This document shows positions 21,101 to 29,626 of a DNA stretch of 64,000 nt, one piece after another. Numbering within the stretch: the stretch's first letter is position 1; every line of letters starts with the position of its first letter. A program made the position numbers and the translations under genes. This DNA is from Bacteroidota bacterium (GTDB lineage Bacteria > Bacteroidota > Bacteroidia > UKL13-3): the NCBI GenBank assembly GCA_046314755.1, contig JBKDBG010000077.1, positions 2,152 to 66,151 of the forward strand, given 5' to 3'. Below the pieces are notes generated by a model. The model was not told the origin of the DNA. It saw nothing but the letters and a program-made list of their open reading frames with translations, and made no database searches.

Positions 21101-24100
21101 GGTAGTACAAAGCGGAGTCTGTCCTACTGCAAATTCAAGTTCGGCAACCATTACCGTAACACCGGCCTCGGTTGGAGGCACTGTAAGTTCAAACCAAACC
21201 ATTTGCTCGGGTGGTACAGTAACAGCATTAACATTAACAGGCAATACCGGAACGGTAACAACCTGGCAAAGCTCAGCTGATGTCGGCTTTACTACTCCAA
21301 CCAACATTTCTGGAACAGCAGGATTAAGCAGCTTTACCCCAACAGGTTTAACCAGTACCACCTTCTACCGTGCAGTAGTGCAAAGTGGAAGTTGTGCAAC
21401 AGCAAATTCAAATTCAGCAACCATTACTGTAACACCGACCTCAGTTGGTGGTTCAGTAAGTTCAAACCAAACGATTTGTTTGGGCGGAACCATATCCGCA
21501 TTAACCTTAAGTGGAAATGTAGGAACGGTAACAACTTGGCAAAGCTCAGCTGATGCCGGCTTTACTACTCCAACCAATATTTCAGGAACAGCAGGATTAA
21601 GCAGCTTTACCCCAACAGGTGTAACCAGTACCACCTTCTACCGTGCAGTAGTGCAAAGTGGAAGTTGTGCAACAGCAAATTCAAGTTCAGCAACCATTAC
21701 TGTAACACCGGCCTCAGTTGGTGGTTCAGTAAGTTCAAACCAAACGATTTGTTTGGGCGGAACCATATCAGCATTAACCTTAAGTGGAAATGTAGGAACC
21801 GTAGTGACCTGGCAAAGTTCAGCAAATGCCGGCTTTACCACTCCAACCAATATTTCAGGAACAGCAGGATTAAGCAGCTTTACCCCAACAGGTGTAACCA
21901 GTACCACCTTCTACCGTGCAGTAGTTCAAAGTGGAAGTTGTGCAACAGCAAATTCAAGTTCAGCAACCATTACTGTAACACCGGCCTCAGTTGGTGGTTC
22001 AGTAAGTTCAAACCAAACTATTTGCTCGGGTGGTACAGTAACAGCATTAACATTAACAGGCAATACCGGAACGGTAACAACCTGGCAAAGTTCAGCTGAT
22101 GCCGGCTTTACTACTCCAACCAATATTTCAGGAACAGCAGGATTAAGCAGCTTTACCCCAACAGGTGTAACCAGTACCACCTTCTACCGTGCAGTAGTTC
22201 AAAGTGGAAGTTGCACAACAGCAAATTCAAGTTCAGCAAGCATTACAGTTAATAACTCTTCAGTTGGTGGTACCGTAAGTTCAGATCAAACCATTTGTTC
22301 TCTAGGTAGTGTTGCGGCATTAACCCTAAGTGGTAATATAGGAAGTGTTGTAACCTGGCAAAGTGCTTCAGATTTGGCCTTTACCTCACCAACCAATATT
22401 AGTGGAACAGCGGGCTTGACTAGTTTCACTCCAACAGGTGTTGCAACAACAACTTACTACCGTGCAGTGGTGCAGAATGGATCATGCGCAAGTGCGAATT
22501 CATCGGCAGCATTAATTACTGTTAGTCCTGCTTCAATAGGCGGAACAGTAAGTTCAAACCAAACAATATGTTCGGGTACAAGCCCATCTCAATTAACACT
22601 AACCGGTAATGTTGGAAATGTTACCACCTGGCAAAGTTCAAGTGATGCCGGCTTTACAAGTCCAACCAATATTTCAGGAACAGCAGGTCAAACAACATTT
22701 ACTCCTGGCACGTTAACAACAACAACTTATTTTAGGGCGGTGATTCAAAGTGGAGGTTGTTCACCTGCAAATTCGGTTGCAGCTTTAATAACAGTAACTC
22801 CGGGTTCAGTTGGAGGAAGTGTAAGCGGCACCAGTGCAGTATGTTCGGGTCAATCTGCTACCTTAACCTTATCGGGTAGTACAGGTAGTGTAGTGAATTG
22901 GGAAAGTGCAATTGCACCATTTGTTACTTATACAACTATTGCAAACACAACAACAACTTTAAATACAGGAGCATTGTCCCAAACTACTCGATTCCGAGCA
23001 GTGGTTCAAAGTGGTTCATGCCCAACTGCCACCAGTTCATTCCAAGAAGTTACTGTAACTTCAGGAGGTGTATGGACGGGTACAACAAGCAATAATTGGG
23101 GTGATGCTTCAAATTGGTGCGGTGGAGTTCCAACTTCATCAACCAATGTAGTTATTCCTACAGGTACACCAAATGCACCTATAATAAATGTTGCTGCAAC
23201 TGCGAATAACTTAACCATTGATGCCGGTGCGTCAGTATCTTTTACTGGTACAAATTCTATTACCCTTTCAGGTAATTTAATTGTGAATGGAACATTTACC
23301 ACTACAGGTGGTACGGTTATTTTCAATGGAACAGCGACACAAAATGTTGCAGGGGTTACCTATAACAATTTAACGCTAAGCGGTTCAGGAAATAAAACAT
23401 TAACAGGAAATGCAACATTAAATGGCACACTTAATTTATCGGGTGGTTTATTGGTACTTTCAAACAGCAACTTAACCATTGGATCAGGAGCAAGCATCAC
23501 CGGAGGAACTGCATCTAACTACATTCAAACTAGCGGAAGTGGTGCCTTAATCATTAATAACTTAGGTGCAACACCGCGTACTTATCCGGTTGGTGTAGGC
23601 GGAACATACAATCCGGTTACCATTGCCAATTCCGGAACTGCCGATAACATCTCAGTAAGGTTGTTGGATCAAGTTTATGCAACCTACGCAGGTGAGGTTG
23701 GTACAGGTGTAATTGCTGGTAATGTTGTAAACAGAACGTTCATTATTAATGAGGCTGTTGCAGGTGGCTCTAACTTAAATATTACTTTCCAATGGAATGC
23801 TTCAAACGAGTTAACCATGAGCAGAGCACAAACTATTGTGGGACGCTATAATGGAGGTGTTTGGAGTAATATTAGCGGTGCACCTTCTGCGGCTTTGGGT
23901 AGTGGACCGTTTACATTCGGCATCTCTACTACAAACACCGGAATATTTGGTGTAGGTGATGTAAATAGTCCTTTACCGGTTCGATTAATCTCATTTGATG
24001 CTTCACTTAAACGTGGAATAACAAAGTTAACATGGACAACCGCTTCTGAAATTAATAACAGTCACTTCGTTGTTGAGAGAGGTATTGACGGATACAACTT

Positions 24101-24548
24101 TGAGGCTATTGGCCAAGTTAAAGGACGAGGCAATAGTTCTGTTAGGGTTGATTATGCATTCGATGACCTTAAGGTGAATGATATCATCTCAACTAATGGT
24201 GTTGTGTACTATCGATTAAAACAAGTTGGTTTTAGCGGTAATACTGAATACAGTGGAATAGTTTCTGTAGCTGAGTTTAATAATGTAATGTTTGAGCTGG
24301 TAAATGCGGTACCAAATCCATTTAATGATCAAACAGCAATCAGTTTCAAAACAAGTTCAGTTGCTAATGTGAAAGTTGAAATTACGGATGCCTTTGGTAA
24401 GTTAGTTCAAGTATATAACGTGCAACCAACCGAAGGAGCTAACAAATTAGATATCCAACTGAACGATCAATCTTTTGCAGCAGGAGTTTACTTCGTTCGT
24501 TTACAGCAAAATGAACAAAGTCAAGTGATTAGAATAGTGAAAAGATAA
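15159..24548 (+). CDS. Giant (about 3,130 aa) T9SS-secreted surface/adhesin-like protein
   Basis: The single ORF runs 15102-24548. The best start is ATG 15159, which gives signal peptide MNIKRSTIRSLTILWLIIGYFSNGFAQS. It has an FN3-like module, a long T/S/N/G-rich region, Ig-like modules, nine tandem 91-aa repeats, and a Por_Secre_tail CTD (VPNPFNDQTAISF...GVYFVRLQQNEQSQVIRIVKR). Confidence 0.85.
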   Translation: MNIKRSTIRSLTILWLIIGYFSNGFAQSISNYQLTTNSTASLNRTKGSLVDDIDMNVGTTILIGGSQVNVFGPTAPSIPFIGFDFYINGIRHTQFNVTSNGWVTIGGTVTPATTFNSGAGIRMSPFLTGATVMGTSSIGRVHSKVVGAQPNRVLVVEFLRMAINSSVVNDTNTFQVRLYENDGSIEFVYGRMEVGAGAPISYNVGFQFTSGTFQHVNTTTNLSSTSVSTANVAASTGPIAGLSNRNPGSQFAYLWTPNQISDPQPVSITNITTTGMTVNWANVANEVGYALYRSTDGGVTYSFVTSGLPGGLFAANTTSFNATGLIASTTYDWRVYAIRESVSQPADGTATTSAATRFFTTSSGLWSDPAIWNTLAVPSGADTAEISTGHTVELDAASISSGTLIVNGTLNYWNSTTQQTLTVNGDLIINTGAALSAGIGSGPPALTGPHILNVGGNASTSIFSGNVIVDGSLNLQTTASVQLRLNGTSNSTVSGNGATCAIPFIQVNKGGSPVNIDNTVEFLRIFTQPNTASIYANTQRFQVLSGTLKLSAAIVTNSIHNNTVQLFNTTLGFNSRLWLNHTGINIGMIPTATNQGTLNISNGELLITNGTLTLGTGGNNHSIVQNVRIKLDGGNLNLFGSLNVTSIATAELEVNGGLLSIDPQATQNVNNFTTLLNIGASSRFVFTGGEIQIVDPHSAAVFNATFNSINIPTGGIKSVTGGKFVIGNGATAPSGGTVSTLSGFSLNIQIPIHRLELRNDTTINPSRYCRLAADLTINDSLILGTNSYLRTASALGFNLNVNGAVLNNGRISGVLPQSTTPTALGAINFTGTSSQTVTGTGSATVLVTRVANSSGVTFNNTGTWAHERFTLELGNVTNAINSIAIGGFNYRGNIVIGGLNETTASGSFSTLPTIITTGGLPNYSYGPSSTALTMGSANEMASGSLNANTLTINDAQGVTSNRNINVQILNLTLGNLNVANNNLTIGTSAANPGSLTRSSGFVQLGNSGQFTRWFAIGASPAFEYTTGFPLATSSSERSVLWSLNGGTLTGGGNLTVRHNNIIGITDLSPSFSDGGITINRRTNAFWSISSSTAGSFNVGTSNLSLRIIGAGTGAVTNATELQLIKQNGVAGGTAVVSAGTNARPELNRDFSQANITGGALFDDFYIGANSAINPLSPTIIAIQTGNWNDPATWEGNVVPTVSNFATIASGVTVTIPASVTAACNGLNIQAGATLNANSGTLNSANAILLDGTLNAAGTSVNVLAPALNGLNIGASGILNLSGGTFNIGTTGGGNNTMAVSGGLNISGGALTINGNVTLTSTSSFSQSGGDFNIDPNSGTSTTSVAQGTHSLLIQTSNVTCTNGTITIIDPPHNSIALSTTNSLRIAVSTGSLSAFSGTHTIRLGNGTSTETGNTNGFSINTRASSGIVPLQNVRVSGGNATGRWTSSSYTGTQGTYIKGNLTIDVGSEFRHTSAAPCAIGGNIINNGTLTVSTGTVGSFILGTDGNYPLSNAQDISGTGIFRNNLITSTGAFTHLFVNNGVGLTLSTTNTVFTVTGTFRIDALRITTNTNTIGLGASSTFTRTSGYIVGNLAKNFTIGSNISRVFEIGNATNFLPVNVTMNQVTTAGSISVGLNTGDHPTLSTSCINPTKSINNFWKVTNLGVVTTASGGTYVFNFLTSDVDPSTNLNNAKLFSYSGTDWLAGLNPTSTSSTSFTVNNLNNFGDIAIGEINPIPTSVTINATSTDICVGSSVTFTANVTNGGAAPTYQWKLNGTNIGGATASTYVTTTLNNQDTITCDIVSNNPCVVVTNATSNKIGIKVSPLTVGGLVSSAATICSGSTSGVLTLSGHTGDVVRWESSTSPTFTTITSIANTNTTYTSGPLTTTTYFRAVVKSGACAEANSASVLITVDPTSVGGTVSANQAICAGGTIAALTISGNTGNVTTWQSSTDAGFTSPTNIAGTAGLTSFTPTGVTSTTFYRAVVQSGVCPTANSSSATITVTPASVGGTVSSNQTICSGGTVTALTLTGNTGTVTTWQSSADVGFTTPTNISGTAGLSSFTPTGLTSTTFYRAVVQSGSCATANSNSATITVTPTSVGGSVSSNQTICLGGTISALTLSGNVGTVTTWQSSADAGFTTPTNISGTAGLSSFTPTGVTSTTFYRAVVQSGSCATANSSSATITVTPASVGGSVSSNQTICLGGTISALTLSGNVGTVVTWQSSANAGFTTPTNISGTAGLSSFTPTGVTSTTFYRAVVQSGSCATANSSSATITVTPASVGGSVSSNQTICSGGTVTALTLTGNTGTVTTWQSSADAGFTTPTNISGTAGLSSFTPTGVTSTTFYRAVVQSGSCTTANSSSASITVNNSSVGGTVSSDQTICSLGSVAALTLSGNIGSVVTWQSASDLAFTSPTNISGTAGLTSFTPTGVATTTYYRAVVQNGSCASANSSAALITVSPASIGGTVSSNQTICSGTSPSQLTLTGNVGNVTTWQSSSDAGFTSPTNISGTAGQTTFTPGTLTTTTYFRAVIQSGGCSPANSVAALITVTPGSVGGSVSGTSAVCSGQSATLTLSGSTGSVVNWESAIAPFVTYTTIANTTTTLNTGALSQTTRFRAVVQSGSCPTATSSFQEVTVTSGGVWTGTTSNNWGDASNWCGGVPTSSTNVVIPTGTPNAPIINVAATANNLTIDAGASVSFTGTNSITLSGNLIVNGTFTTTGGTVIFNGTATQNVAGVTYNNLTLSGSGNKTLTGNATLNGTLNLSGGLLVLSNSNLTIGSGASITGGTASNYIQTSGSGALIINNLGATPRTYPVGVGGTYNPVTIANSGTADNISVRLLDQVYATYAGEVGTGVIAGNVVNRTFIINEAVAGGSNLNITFQWNASNELTMSRAQTIVGRYNGGVWSNISGAPSAALGSGPFTFGISTTNTGIFGVGDVNSPLPVRLISFDASLKRGITKLTWTTASEINNSHFVVERGIDGYNFEAIGQVKGRGNSSVRVDYAFDDLKVNDIISTNGVVYYRLKQVGFSGNTEYSGIVSVAEFNNVMFELVNAVPNPFNDQTAISFKTSSVANVKVEITDAFGKLVQVYNVQPTEGANKLDIQLNDQSFAAGVYFVRLQQNEQSQVIRIVKR
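20625..23063 (+). repeat. Nine in-frame tandem repeats (87-91 aa; 273-nt period) inside the giant gene
   Basis: Copy starts are 20625, 20892, 21165, 21438, 21711, 21984, 22257, 22530 and 22803. The consensus is SVGGxVSSNQTICxGG...LTLxGNxGxVxTWQSSxDAGFTxPTNISGTAGLxSFTPTGVTSTTFYRAVVQSGSCxTANSSSATITVTP. Confidence 0.95.
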
Positions 24549-24561
24549 TTCGTAGAATTCT

Positions 24562-24594
24562 AAAAAAAGCAGGCCTGTAAGGCCTGCTTTTTTT
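24562..24594 (+). terminator. Rho-independent terminator of the giant gene
   Basis: Stem GCAGGCCT/AGGCCTGC (8 bp, 3-nt loop) followed by TTTTTTT. Confidence 0.8.
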
Positions 24595-24699
24595 ATGCCT
24601 TTTCTTATCCACAACGGTATGTTTTTTTGTGGGTATTTTCACGCCATAATCAGGCCGTAAAACCTTAATTTGCCACGTATTTCATAGAAATTATTTAGC

Positions 24700-27288
24700 A
24701 TGGCTGAAGATAGAATTATTCAGATTAACATTGAAGACGAAATGAAGACCGCTTACATCGATTATTCGATGTCGGTTATCGTTTCACGTGCATTACCGGA
24801 TGTAAGAGATGGTTTAAAGCCTGTTCACAGAAGGGTTTTATTTGGTATGACGGAATTGGGCTTAGCTTCCAATCGACCATATAAAAAATCGGCCCGTATC
24901 GTGGGTGAAGTTTTAGGTAAATACCATCCGCATGGCGATAGCTCAGTATATGATGCTATGGTGCGATTGGCTCAAGATTGGAGCATGCGTTACATGTTGG
25001 TTGATGGTCAAGGAAATTTCGGCTCCATTGATGGTGATCCACCGGCAGCTATGCGTTACACTGAGGCTCGCTTAAGAAAAATTGCTGAAGAGTTATTGGT
25101 TGATATCGATAAAAACACTGTTGACTTCAGACCAAACTTTGATGATAGTTTATCTGAGCCAACTGTGTTACCTGCAAAAATTCCTAACCTAATTGTAAAC
25201 GGTGCCTCAGGTATTGCTGTTGGTATGGCTACTAACATGGCCCCACATAACTTGGTTGAAACCATAGATGGTATTATGGCTTACATAGATAACCGTGAAA
25301 TTACCATTGCTGACTTAATGCGTTTTGTAAAAGCCCCTGATTTTCCAACGGGCGGTATTATTTACGGCTACCAAGGTGTGAAAGAAGCCTACGAAACAGG
25401 AAGAGGCCGTATTGTAATGCGCGCCAAGGCCAATTTTGAAACCAGTAAAACCGGTAAAGAGCAAATTATTGTTAATGAAATTCCTTATCAAGTTAATAAG
25501 GCTCATTTGATTGAGCGTGCAGCTGAGTTGGTGAATGAAAAAGTAATTGAAGGTATTAGTGATATCAGAGATGAATCGGATAGGGAAGGTATGCGTATTG
25601 TATTTGACTTAAAGCGTGATGCTGTACCAAATGTGGTGCTGAATCAACTTTATAAATATACAGCGTTACAATCATCATTTAACATTAACAACGTGGCCTT
25701 AGTTAAAGGAAGGCCAGAAATGTTAAATCTGAAAGATTTAATCAAACATTACGTTGATCATCGTCATGAGGTTGTTGTTCGCAGAACCCAATACGAATTA
25801 GATGAAGCCTTAAAACGTGCCCACATTTTAGAAGGCTTGCTCATTGCAATAGATAATCTTGATGCAGTTATCAAAATTATTCGTGAAGCAGAAACTCCTG
25901 ATGAAGCTCGCAGCCAGTTAATGGAAAACTTTAAGTTAAGCGAAATTCAAGCAAAAGCCATACTCGATATGCGTTTGCGCGCTTTAACCGGTCTTGAGCG
26001 TGATAAGATTAAAGAAGAGTATGCTGCTTTAATGAAACAAATTGAATATTACAGACAAGTACTGGCGGATGAAGGTTTGCGCATGAGTATTATCAAGCAA
26101 GAACTTGCAGAGATGAAGGAGAAATATGGTGATGAAAGAAGAACCGAAATCATTCATGCAGGAAATGAAATGAGCATGGAGGATTTAATTCCGGATGATG
26201 AAGTGGTAATAACCATTTCGCATTTGGGTTATGTGAAGAGAACCTTGCTTTCTGAATATCGCACACAAAACCGCGGTGGCCGTGGCTCTAGAGGAGTTTC
26301 AAAACGTGATGAAGATTTTGTTGAACACGTGCTTGTTGCTACCAACCATAATTATATTTTATTCTTTACCAACCAAGGTAAATGTTATTGGTTAAAGGTT
26401 TGGGAAATACCTGAAGGTGATAAAATATCAAAAGGTAGAGCCATTCAAAACTTAATTAACATTACTGCCGAGGAGAAAATTATGGCTTATTTGAATGTAA
26501 AAACATTAACGGATGAAGCCTATATTCAAAACACTTTTGTGGTAATGTGTACCGAACAAGGTACGATTAAGAAAACTACTTTAGAGGCTTATTCACGTCC
26601 GAGAGCCAATGGTGTTAATGCCATTAATGTAAGGGAAGGTGATATGTTGGTAGAAGCAAGATTAACCAATGGCGCTTGTGAAATGATTATTGCAAGTTTG
26701 CAAGGCAAAGCCATTCGTTTTAATGAAAGTACTGTTCGCCCAATGGGCAGAACTGCAACAGGTGTACGTGCAATAAGACTTGATGAAGGTGATAAAGTAA
26801 TTGGTATGATTGCGATTGAAGATCCTAAGGTAACCAATGTATTGGTTGTGGCCGAAAATGGATTAGGAAAACGCAGTGAGGTGGAAGATTATCGTATTAC
26901 GAACAGAGGAGGTAAAGGTGTAATGGCCATGAATATTACCGATAAAACAGGTAAACTAGTTGCCATTAAAGAGGTGGATGATACAACCGATATCATGATT
27001 ATGACTAAAAAGGGTATCACCATTCGAATGAGTATGAAAGACCTTCGTATTCTTGGTCGTGTTACTCAAGGTGTTCGATTAATCAATATAGATAATGATG
27101 ATGCCATTGCATCAGTTGCAAAAATTGATGATGTAGTGGAAGATGAACAAATTTTAGATGGAGAAACGGACATCAATACCGTTGATTTAACTACAGATGC
27201 TGCTAATCCAACCAATATCGATAACATTGTGGATAGAGCAATGAAGGATGCGGAAGAGCAAAAAGATGAAGACAATAAAGACGAATAA
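24700..27288 (+). CDS. gyrA: DNA gyrase subunit A
   Basis: Canonical N-terminus ([27 protein letters not shown]), the active-site region [10 protein letters not shown], and C-terminal beta-pinwheel repeats with an acidic tail. Confidence 0.97.
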   Translation: MAEDRIIQINIEDEMKTAYIDYSMSVIVSRALPDVRDGLKPVHRRVLFGMTELGLASNRPYKKSARIVGEVLGKYHPHGDSSVYDAMVRLAQDWSMRYMLVDGQGNFGSIDGDPPAAMRYTEARLRKIAEELLVDIDKNTVDFRPNFDDSLSEPTVLPAKIPNLIVNGASGIAVGMATNMAPHNLVETIDGIMAYIDNREITIADLMRFVKAPDFPTGGIIYGYQGVKEAYETGRGRIVMRAKANFETSKTGKEQIIVNEIPYQVNKAHLIERAAELVNEKVIEGISDIRDESDREGMRIVFDLKRDAVPNVVLNQLYKYTALQSSFNINNVALVKGRPEMLNLKDLIKHYVDHRHEVVVRRTQYELDEALKRAHILEGLLIAIDNLDAVIKIIREAETPDEARSQLMENFKLSEIQAKAILDMRLRALTGLERDKIKEEYAALMKQIEYYRQVLADEGLRMSIIKQELAEMKEKYGDERRTEIIHAGNEMSMEDLIPDDEVVITISHLGYVKRTLLSEYRTQNRGGRGSRGVSKRDEDFVEHVLVATNHNYILFFTNQGKCYWLKVWEIPEGDKISKGRAIQNLINITAEEKIMAYLNVKTLTDEAYIQNTFVVMCTEQGTIKKTTLEAYSRPRANGVNAINVREGDMLVEARLTNGACEMIIASLQGKAIRFNESTVRPMGRTATGVRAIRLDEGDKVIGMIAIEDPKVTNVLVVAENGLGKRSEVEDYRITNRGGKGVMAMNITDKTGKLVAIKEVDDTTDIMIMTKKGITIRMSMKDLRILGRVTQGVRLINIDNDDAIASVAKIDDVVEDEQILDGETDINTVDLTTDAANPTNIDNIVDRAMKDAEEQKDEDNKDE

Positions 27289-27290
27289 TC

Positions 27291-27325
27291 AAAAAAAAGC
27301 TACCCAAATGGGTAGCTTTTTTTTT
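27291..27325 (+). terminator. Rho-independent terminator of gyrA
   Basis: Stem GCTACCC/GGGTAGC with a 4-nt loop, followed by a T9 run. Confidence 0.8.
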
Positions 27326-27337
27326 GATGTATCATTT

Positions 27338-27371
27338 AAAAAAAAAAACAAAGGCGCATGAAGCGCCTTTG
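27338..27371 (-). terminator. Rho-independent terminator of lpxB (minus strand)
   Basis: Stem CAAAGGCGC/GCGCCTTTG (9 bp). The minus strand then reads a run of 11 T. Confidence 0.75.
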
Positions 27372-27487
27372 TAAACCATTAACCTGATTTTATTAACCCT
27401 ACTTATTGCTTATTGAGCATTTAAGCATGGCAAATATGTAAATTATAATTTGAGGATTTTGCGATATTGATACAATTCATATTGAGG

Positions 27488-28600
27488 TTAAGTCTTAGCG
27501 CATTCAATAACTCTTTCGGCAGCCATCATGCTGGCACCCGCTTTACCTAATGCTTCATTTAACTGTGCATAATCTTTCATCAACTCAAGATTTCTACTGC
27601 CACTCGGAAGCACCGCATGCAATTCTCGCACCACATTCTCTAAAGTATAATCGTTTTGTATTAACTCTGTTATGGCCGATTTATCTAAGCATAAATTAAC
27701 CAATGAAATATACTTGATGTTTTTTACCAATAATTTTGCAATGCGATAAGATATTGGGTGTGCTACATAACCGCAAACTTGCGGAACATTAAATAACGCT
27801 GTCTCTAATGTTGCTGTTCCACTGCAAACAACAGCGCCTGTGGCATGTTGCAATACATCATACGTTTGATTAAACACAATTTGAATATCCTCATTTAAGT
27901 AAGGTTGGTAAAATGTCGCATCTAGTGAAGGTGCTCCACAAATTATAAATTGATATTGCGGAAAATGTGCCGGTAACTGTTTTAGTATTGGCATTATTTT
28001 GCTTACCTCTTGTTTTCGGCTGCCGGGTAACAATGCAATGATGGATTTAGTATGATTTAGTTTGTTGTTTGAGTAAAAATTGGCGTTAGGTGTTAATTGA
28101 TGAATGGCATCTTTAAGTGGGTTACCTACATAAGTACTCTTCACCTTCCATTTTTTAAAGTAGCTGAATTCAAAAGGAAAAATTAACAGCAACTCATCAA
28201 CGAATTGCTCCAACTTTTTTCCACGTGATTCTTTCCAGGCCCAAATTTTAGGGGCGATATAGTACACTACTTTAATGCCATGCTGTTTACAAAATTTTGC
28301 GATTCTTAAGTTAAATCCGGGGTAATCAATCAACACCACCACATCCGGTTTACACGCTAAAATTTGTTGTTTGCAGGTTCTAATATTTTTTAAAATACTT
28401 CCGATATTCAATAACACCTCAACAAATCCCATTATGGTTACATCTTTATAATGTACCAAGCAACCATCGGCTTCTTTTTTCATTAAATCGCCACCCCAAA
28501 AGTTGAACACCGCTTGGCTGTCTTTAGCTTTTATTGCCTTTATTAAATTTGAGCCGTGCAAGTCGCCCGAGGCTTCTCCTGCTATGATGAAATAATTCAT
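27488..28600 (-). CDS. lpxB: Lipid-A-disaccharide synthase
   Basis: MNYFIIAGEASGDLHGSNLIKAIK is the typical LpxB N-terminus. The start is taken at Met29 of the track ORF (ATG 28600). Confidence 0.9.
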   Translation of the reverse strand: MNYFIIAGEASGDLHGSNLIKAIKAKDSQAVFNFWGGDLMKKEADGCLVHYKDVTIMGFVEVLLNIGSILKNIRTCKQQILACKPDVVVLIDYPGFNLRIAKFCKQHGIKVVYYIAPKIWAWKESRGKKLEQFVDELLLIFPFEFSYFKKWKVKSTYVGNPLKDAIHQLTPNANFYSNNKLNHTKSIIALLPGSRKQEVSKIMPILKQLPAHFPQYQFIICGAPSLDATFYQPYLNEDIQIVFNQTYDVLQHATGAVVCSGTATLETALFNVPQVCGYVAHPISYRIAKLLVKNIKYISLVNLCLDKSAITELIQNDYTLENVVRELHAVLPSGSRNLELMKDYAQLNEALGKAGASMMAAERVIECAKT

Positions 28601-28636
28601 TCCAACAATTTTAGTAAACATTCTTGTGATAACTTG

Positions 28637-28644
28637 TATATTTG
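28637..28644 (+). promoter_or_regulatory. Candidate -7 promoter box TATATTTG
   Basis: Exact TAnnTTTG match 22 nt upstream of ATG 28667, in the 66-bp divergent gap with lpxB. Confidence 0.35.
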
Positions 28645-28666
28645 GATAAATAATTCTCAAGCCATC

Positions 28667-29560
28667 ATGGAAAACCAAAAGCAAAACAAAACTACAACGT
28701 ATGCCTTATTGGTGTTGTTAATTTTATCTTTAATCGGTAACGTATTTCAGTATCAAAATAATAAAGCCGACATACAAGTGTTGGATAGTAAAATTGATAC
28801 CTTGGAGAATGTACAAATTACCTTAGAGAAAGAGTTGACTGAAACAGGAAATGAGTTGGAAACCTACCGCGGAATTTCAGCAAATCTTGATTCGTTATTG
28901 AATGATGCGAATGATAAAATTGCTCAGCAAGAGGCTAAGATTAAAAAATTGATTGGAACAGAAAAAAACCAAGAGAAACTCAATAAAAAGTTGAAGAATG
29001 AATTAGCCGAGTTACGTAAATTGAAAGACATGTACCTTGAGCAAATTGATAAGCTTATTTCTGAAAACCAACAATTGAAGAAAGAAAATGAAGAAAAAGC
29101 GGCAGCCATTACGCAGCTTAATGAAGAGAAATTAGGCTTACAATCAAAAGTAAGTACAGCTTCTGAACTGAAAGCAGAGTATATCAAAGTAGCTTCATTT
29201 AAAAAGAAGGGTAGTGGTAAATATGTTGAAACCAGTTTAGCTAAACGCACTAATAAAATTGAAGTTACATTTACGGTAATGGATAATAAAGTAGCAGAGT
29301 CGGGTGACAGAATGGTTTATGCCGTAATTACTGAGCCGGGTGGAAAGGTTTTGGCAGGTGCCAGCAATGCACGTTTTACCAATGCATCGAAAGAAGAAGT
29401 AGCCGCAACTGCATCTTACAAGCTTGCTTATAAAGGGCAAAAGGAAGATATAAAATTAAGCTACGAATCTGAAGATCGTGTGTTGTTACCGGGTAATTAT
29501 TCTATAGATATTTATATTGATGGCACTTTAGTTAATACCAGCACTTACATTTTACGCTAA
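28667..29560 (+). CDS. Membrane-anchored coiled-coil protein with a C-terminal beta-rich domain (function unknown)
   Basis: N-terminal TM segment (TTTYALLVLLILSLIGNVF), then about 170 aa of heptad-like E/K/L/Q-rich sequence, then a roughly 100 aa non-repetitive domain. The track start at 28556 overlaps lpxB. Confidence 0.6.
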   Translation: MENQKQNKTTTYALLVLLILSLIGNVFQYQNNKADIQVLDSKIDTLENVQITLEKELTETGNELETYRGISANLDSLLNDANDKIAQQEAKIKKLIGTEKNQEKLNKKLKNELAELRKLKDMYLEQIDKLISENQQLKKENEEKAAAITQLNEEKLGLQSKVSTASELKAEYIKVASFKKKGSGKYVETSLAKRTNKIEVTFTVMDNKVAESGDRMVYAVITEPGGKVLAGASNARFTNASKEEVAATASYKLAYKGQKEDIKLSYESEDRVLLPGNYSIDIYIDGTLVNTSTYILR

Positions 29561-29583
29561 TCAAAATTAACAGGATGATAAAG

Positions 29584-29615
29584 GCTGCATCTCTTTTTGG
29601 GGTGCAGCTTTTTTT
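29584..29615 (+). terminator. Probable rho-independent terminator
   Basis: Stem GCTGCA/TGCAGC with a large loop, then TTTTTTT. The hairpin is weaker than the others. Confidence 0.45.
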
Positions 29616-29626
29616 ATGAGTAAGTA

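Noticed and set aside
21092-22180. Ladder of four nearly identical 84-89 aa minus-strand ORFs, plus a 144 aa plus-strand ORF at 21665-22099
   Set aside because: These are shadows of the 273-nt tandem repeat inside the giant gene. They recur with the repeat period, have no independent starts or signals, and the sense frame is continuous over 9.4 kb.
20625-23063. Possible CRISPR array, given the regular direct repeats
   Set aside because: The period is 273 nt with no short repeat/unique spacer alternation. The whole array is in frame within a protein-coding gene, and no cas genes are present.
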